Below, piece after piece: positions 63,073 through 64,000 of a stretch of DNA of 64,000 nucleotides (the first letter of the stretch is position 1; every line of letters starts with the position of its first letter). A program made the translations under genes and the position numbers. The notes below the pieces were generated by a model that ran no database searches, was not told the origin of the DNA, and saw nothing but the letters and a program-made list of their open reading frames with translations. Source of the stretch: Polymyxa betae A26-41 (taxonomy: Eukaryota > Protista > Endomyxa: Phytomyxea); the NCBI GenBank assembly GCA_003693705.1, contig RBZT01000336.1, positions 47,773-111,772 on the forward strand, given 5' to 3'.

Positions 63073-64000
63073 ATGTCTCAGCATGACAAGAAAGAGCGAC
63101 ATGGACCCTGAAAATGGAAAAATACTTTGAACGTTGCTTACAGAAAGCAGCCGATGAAGGGAAGGGATCAGACGGGAACTTCAAGGCAGCTGTTCTGAAC
63201 GATATCCTAAAAAAGTTTAATGCAAAGATGGAAGTACAGTTCGTTCTGAAGCAGATAAGAGACAAGTTTGATCAGGTATGGCCATTACTCGCTATTGTTA
63301 ATTACTTATCTGAAGGGGTTTTTTGCACAGATGAAAGGAAGCTACAAAGCTATCCGGTTCCTGCGAAACCAATCTGGATTCGGCTGGGATGACTGTATCG
63401 GTTTGGGAACCAACTAAGCAATCTAAGCGCTTAGATTGCTTAGTTGGTTCCAAAAATGTGTCACATCGAATGAAGGTGTCTGGGAGGCTCTCAACCAGGT
63501 AATTGTTTATCCCAATCAGATCTAGAGCTAACCGCGAATAGGCTCATAAAGACAAATATAAAAAGTGGCAAGGAAAATCGTATCCTATCTACGAGCTCTT
63601 GCAACAGGTAAGAATGCACTTCCGTTGTCTCAAATAGCACTGGAGGCAACCACATCGAGCCGACAAGATGCATCCTCCTATCGTCCGGCTGAACCGGAGC
63701 GCCCCGCTCCACGCCCCGCTACCAGCTGCAGCGACATCTCATCTTTTGATGAAAATCCTGCACCTCCAGTTTTTGATGACGCTGCTCTTCCTGATTCCGA
63801 TGATGACTCATCATCGGAATCTCCTCGACCGAAGAAGCGAAAACGTGCATCAGCTGGAGGAAAACCCCCGCGCTCCACATCTATTCCACGAAGTGCTGGA
63901 CTTCTACTTGCACAATCCTTGGACCGACTAGTAGAGGCGCAAACGAACAAGACCAACCCTGATCTCTCCCACATCTCGAAGGCGATTGATCTTCTAAACT
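63073..64000 (+). pseudogene. Myb/SANT-like DNA-binding protein (Harbinger accessory ORF), disrupted
   Basis: RATWT..GKGSDGNFK..KFDQ/MKGSYKAI..QSGFGWD..VTSNEGVW../AHKDKYKKWQGKSYPIYE. There is a frameshift near the start and a stop inside the palindromic insert. Confidence 0.8.
63406..63451. repeat. perfect 46-bp spacerless palindrome
   Basis: ggaaccaactaagcaatctaagc|gcttagattgcttagttggttcc. Confidence 0.95.

Larger units (their letters stand above)
62120..64000 (+). mobile_element. PIF/Harbinger element (left part; continues beyond window)
   Basis: TAA followed by GAGTGCGTTTGGT (Tourist/PIF-like terminus), and it contains a Myb/SANT-like ORF. The right TIR was not seen. Confidence 0.65.

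Overview
A compact, gene-dense eukaryotic window with many short (about 40-60 nt) GT-AG introns. The gene content and TTT(T)AGGG-like motifs suggest a rhizarian protist, probably a plasmodiophorid (inference, not proven). Housekeeping genes include an isochorismatase-family hydrolase, ATP10, a ~13-kb HERC-like RCC1/HECT E3 ligase, eIF3L, RPP21, a CaMK-group kinase, lipin, a NIPA transporter, TMEM33, a class I phosphodiesterase, UBC4/UBE2D, eIF3D, a Kv channel, OXLD1, a monoacylglycerol lipase, PRPS, HBS1 and HIRA. There is also a tandem pair of secreted CE4 polysaccharide deacetylases. Two RNA genes were read directly from the sequence: an initiator-type tRNA-Met with an atypical C1:G72 pair, and an intronic box C/D snoRNA in eIF3D whose guide matches U6 snRNA (mgU6-47/SNORD7 type). 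The last ~4.4 kb is an accessory zone. There a Crinkler/RHS-type NTPase gene has been broken by nested insertions: a Helitron-like insert carrying a gene fragment, a MITE inside it, a hAT-type MITE, and a PIF/Harbinger element with a Myb/SANT ORF. Several short, locally templated insertions and palindromes also occur there. Multi-exon gene coordinates are hand-assembled spans from start to stop and are approximate.
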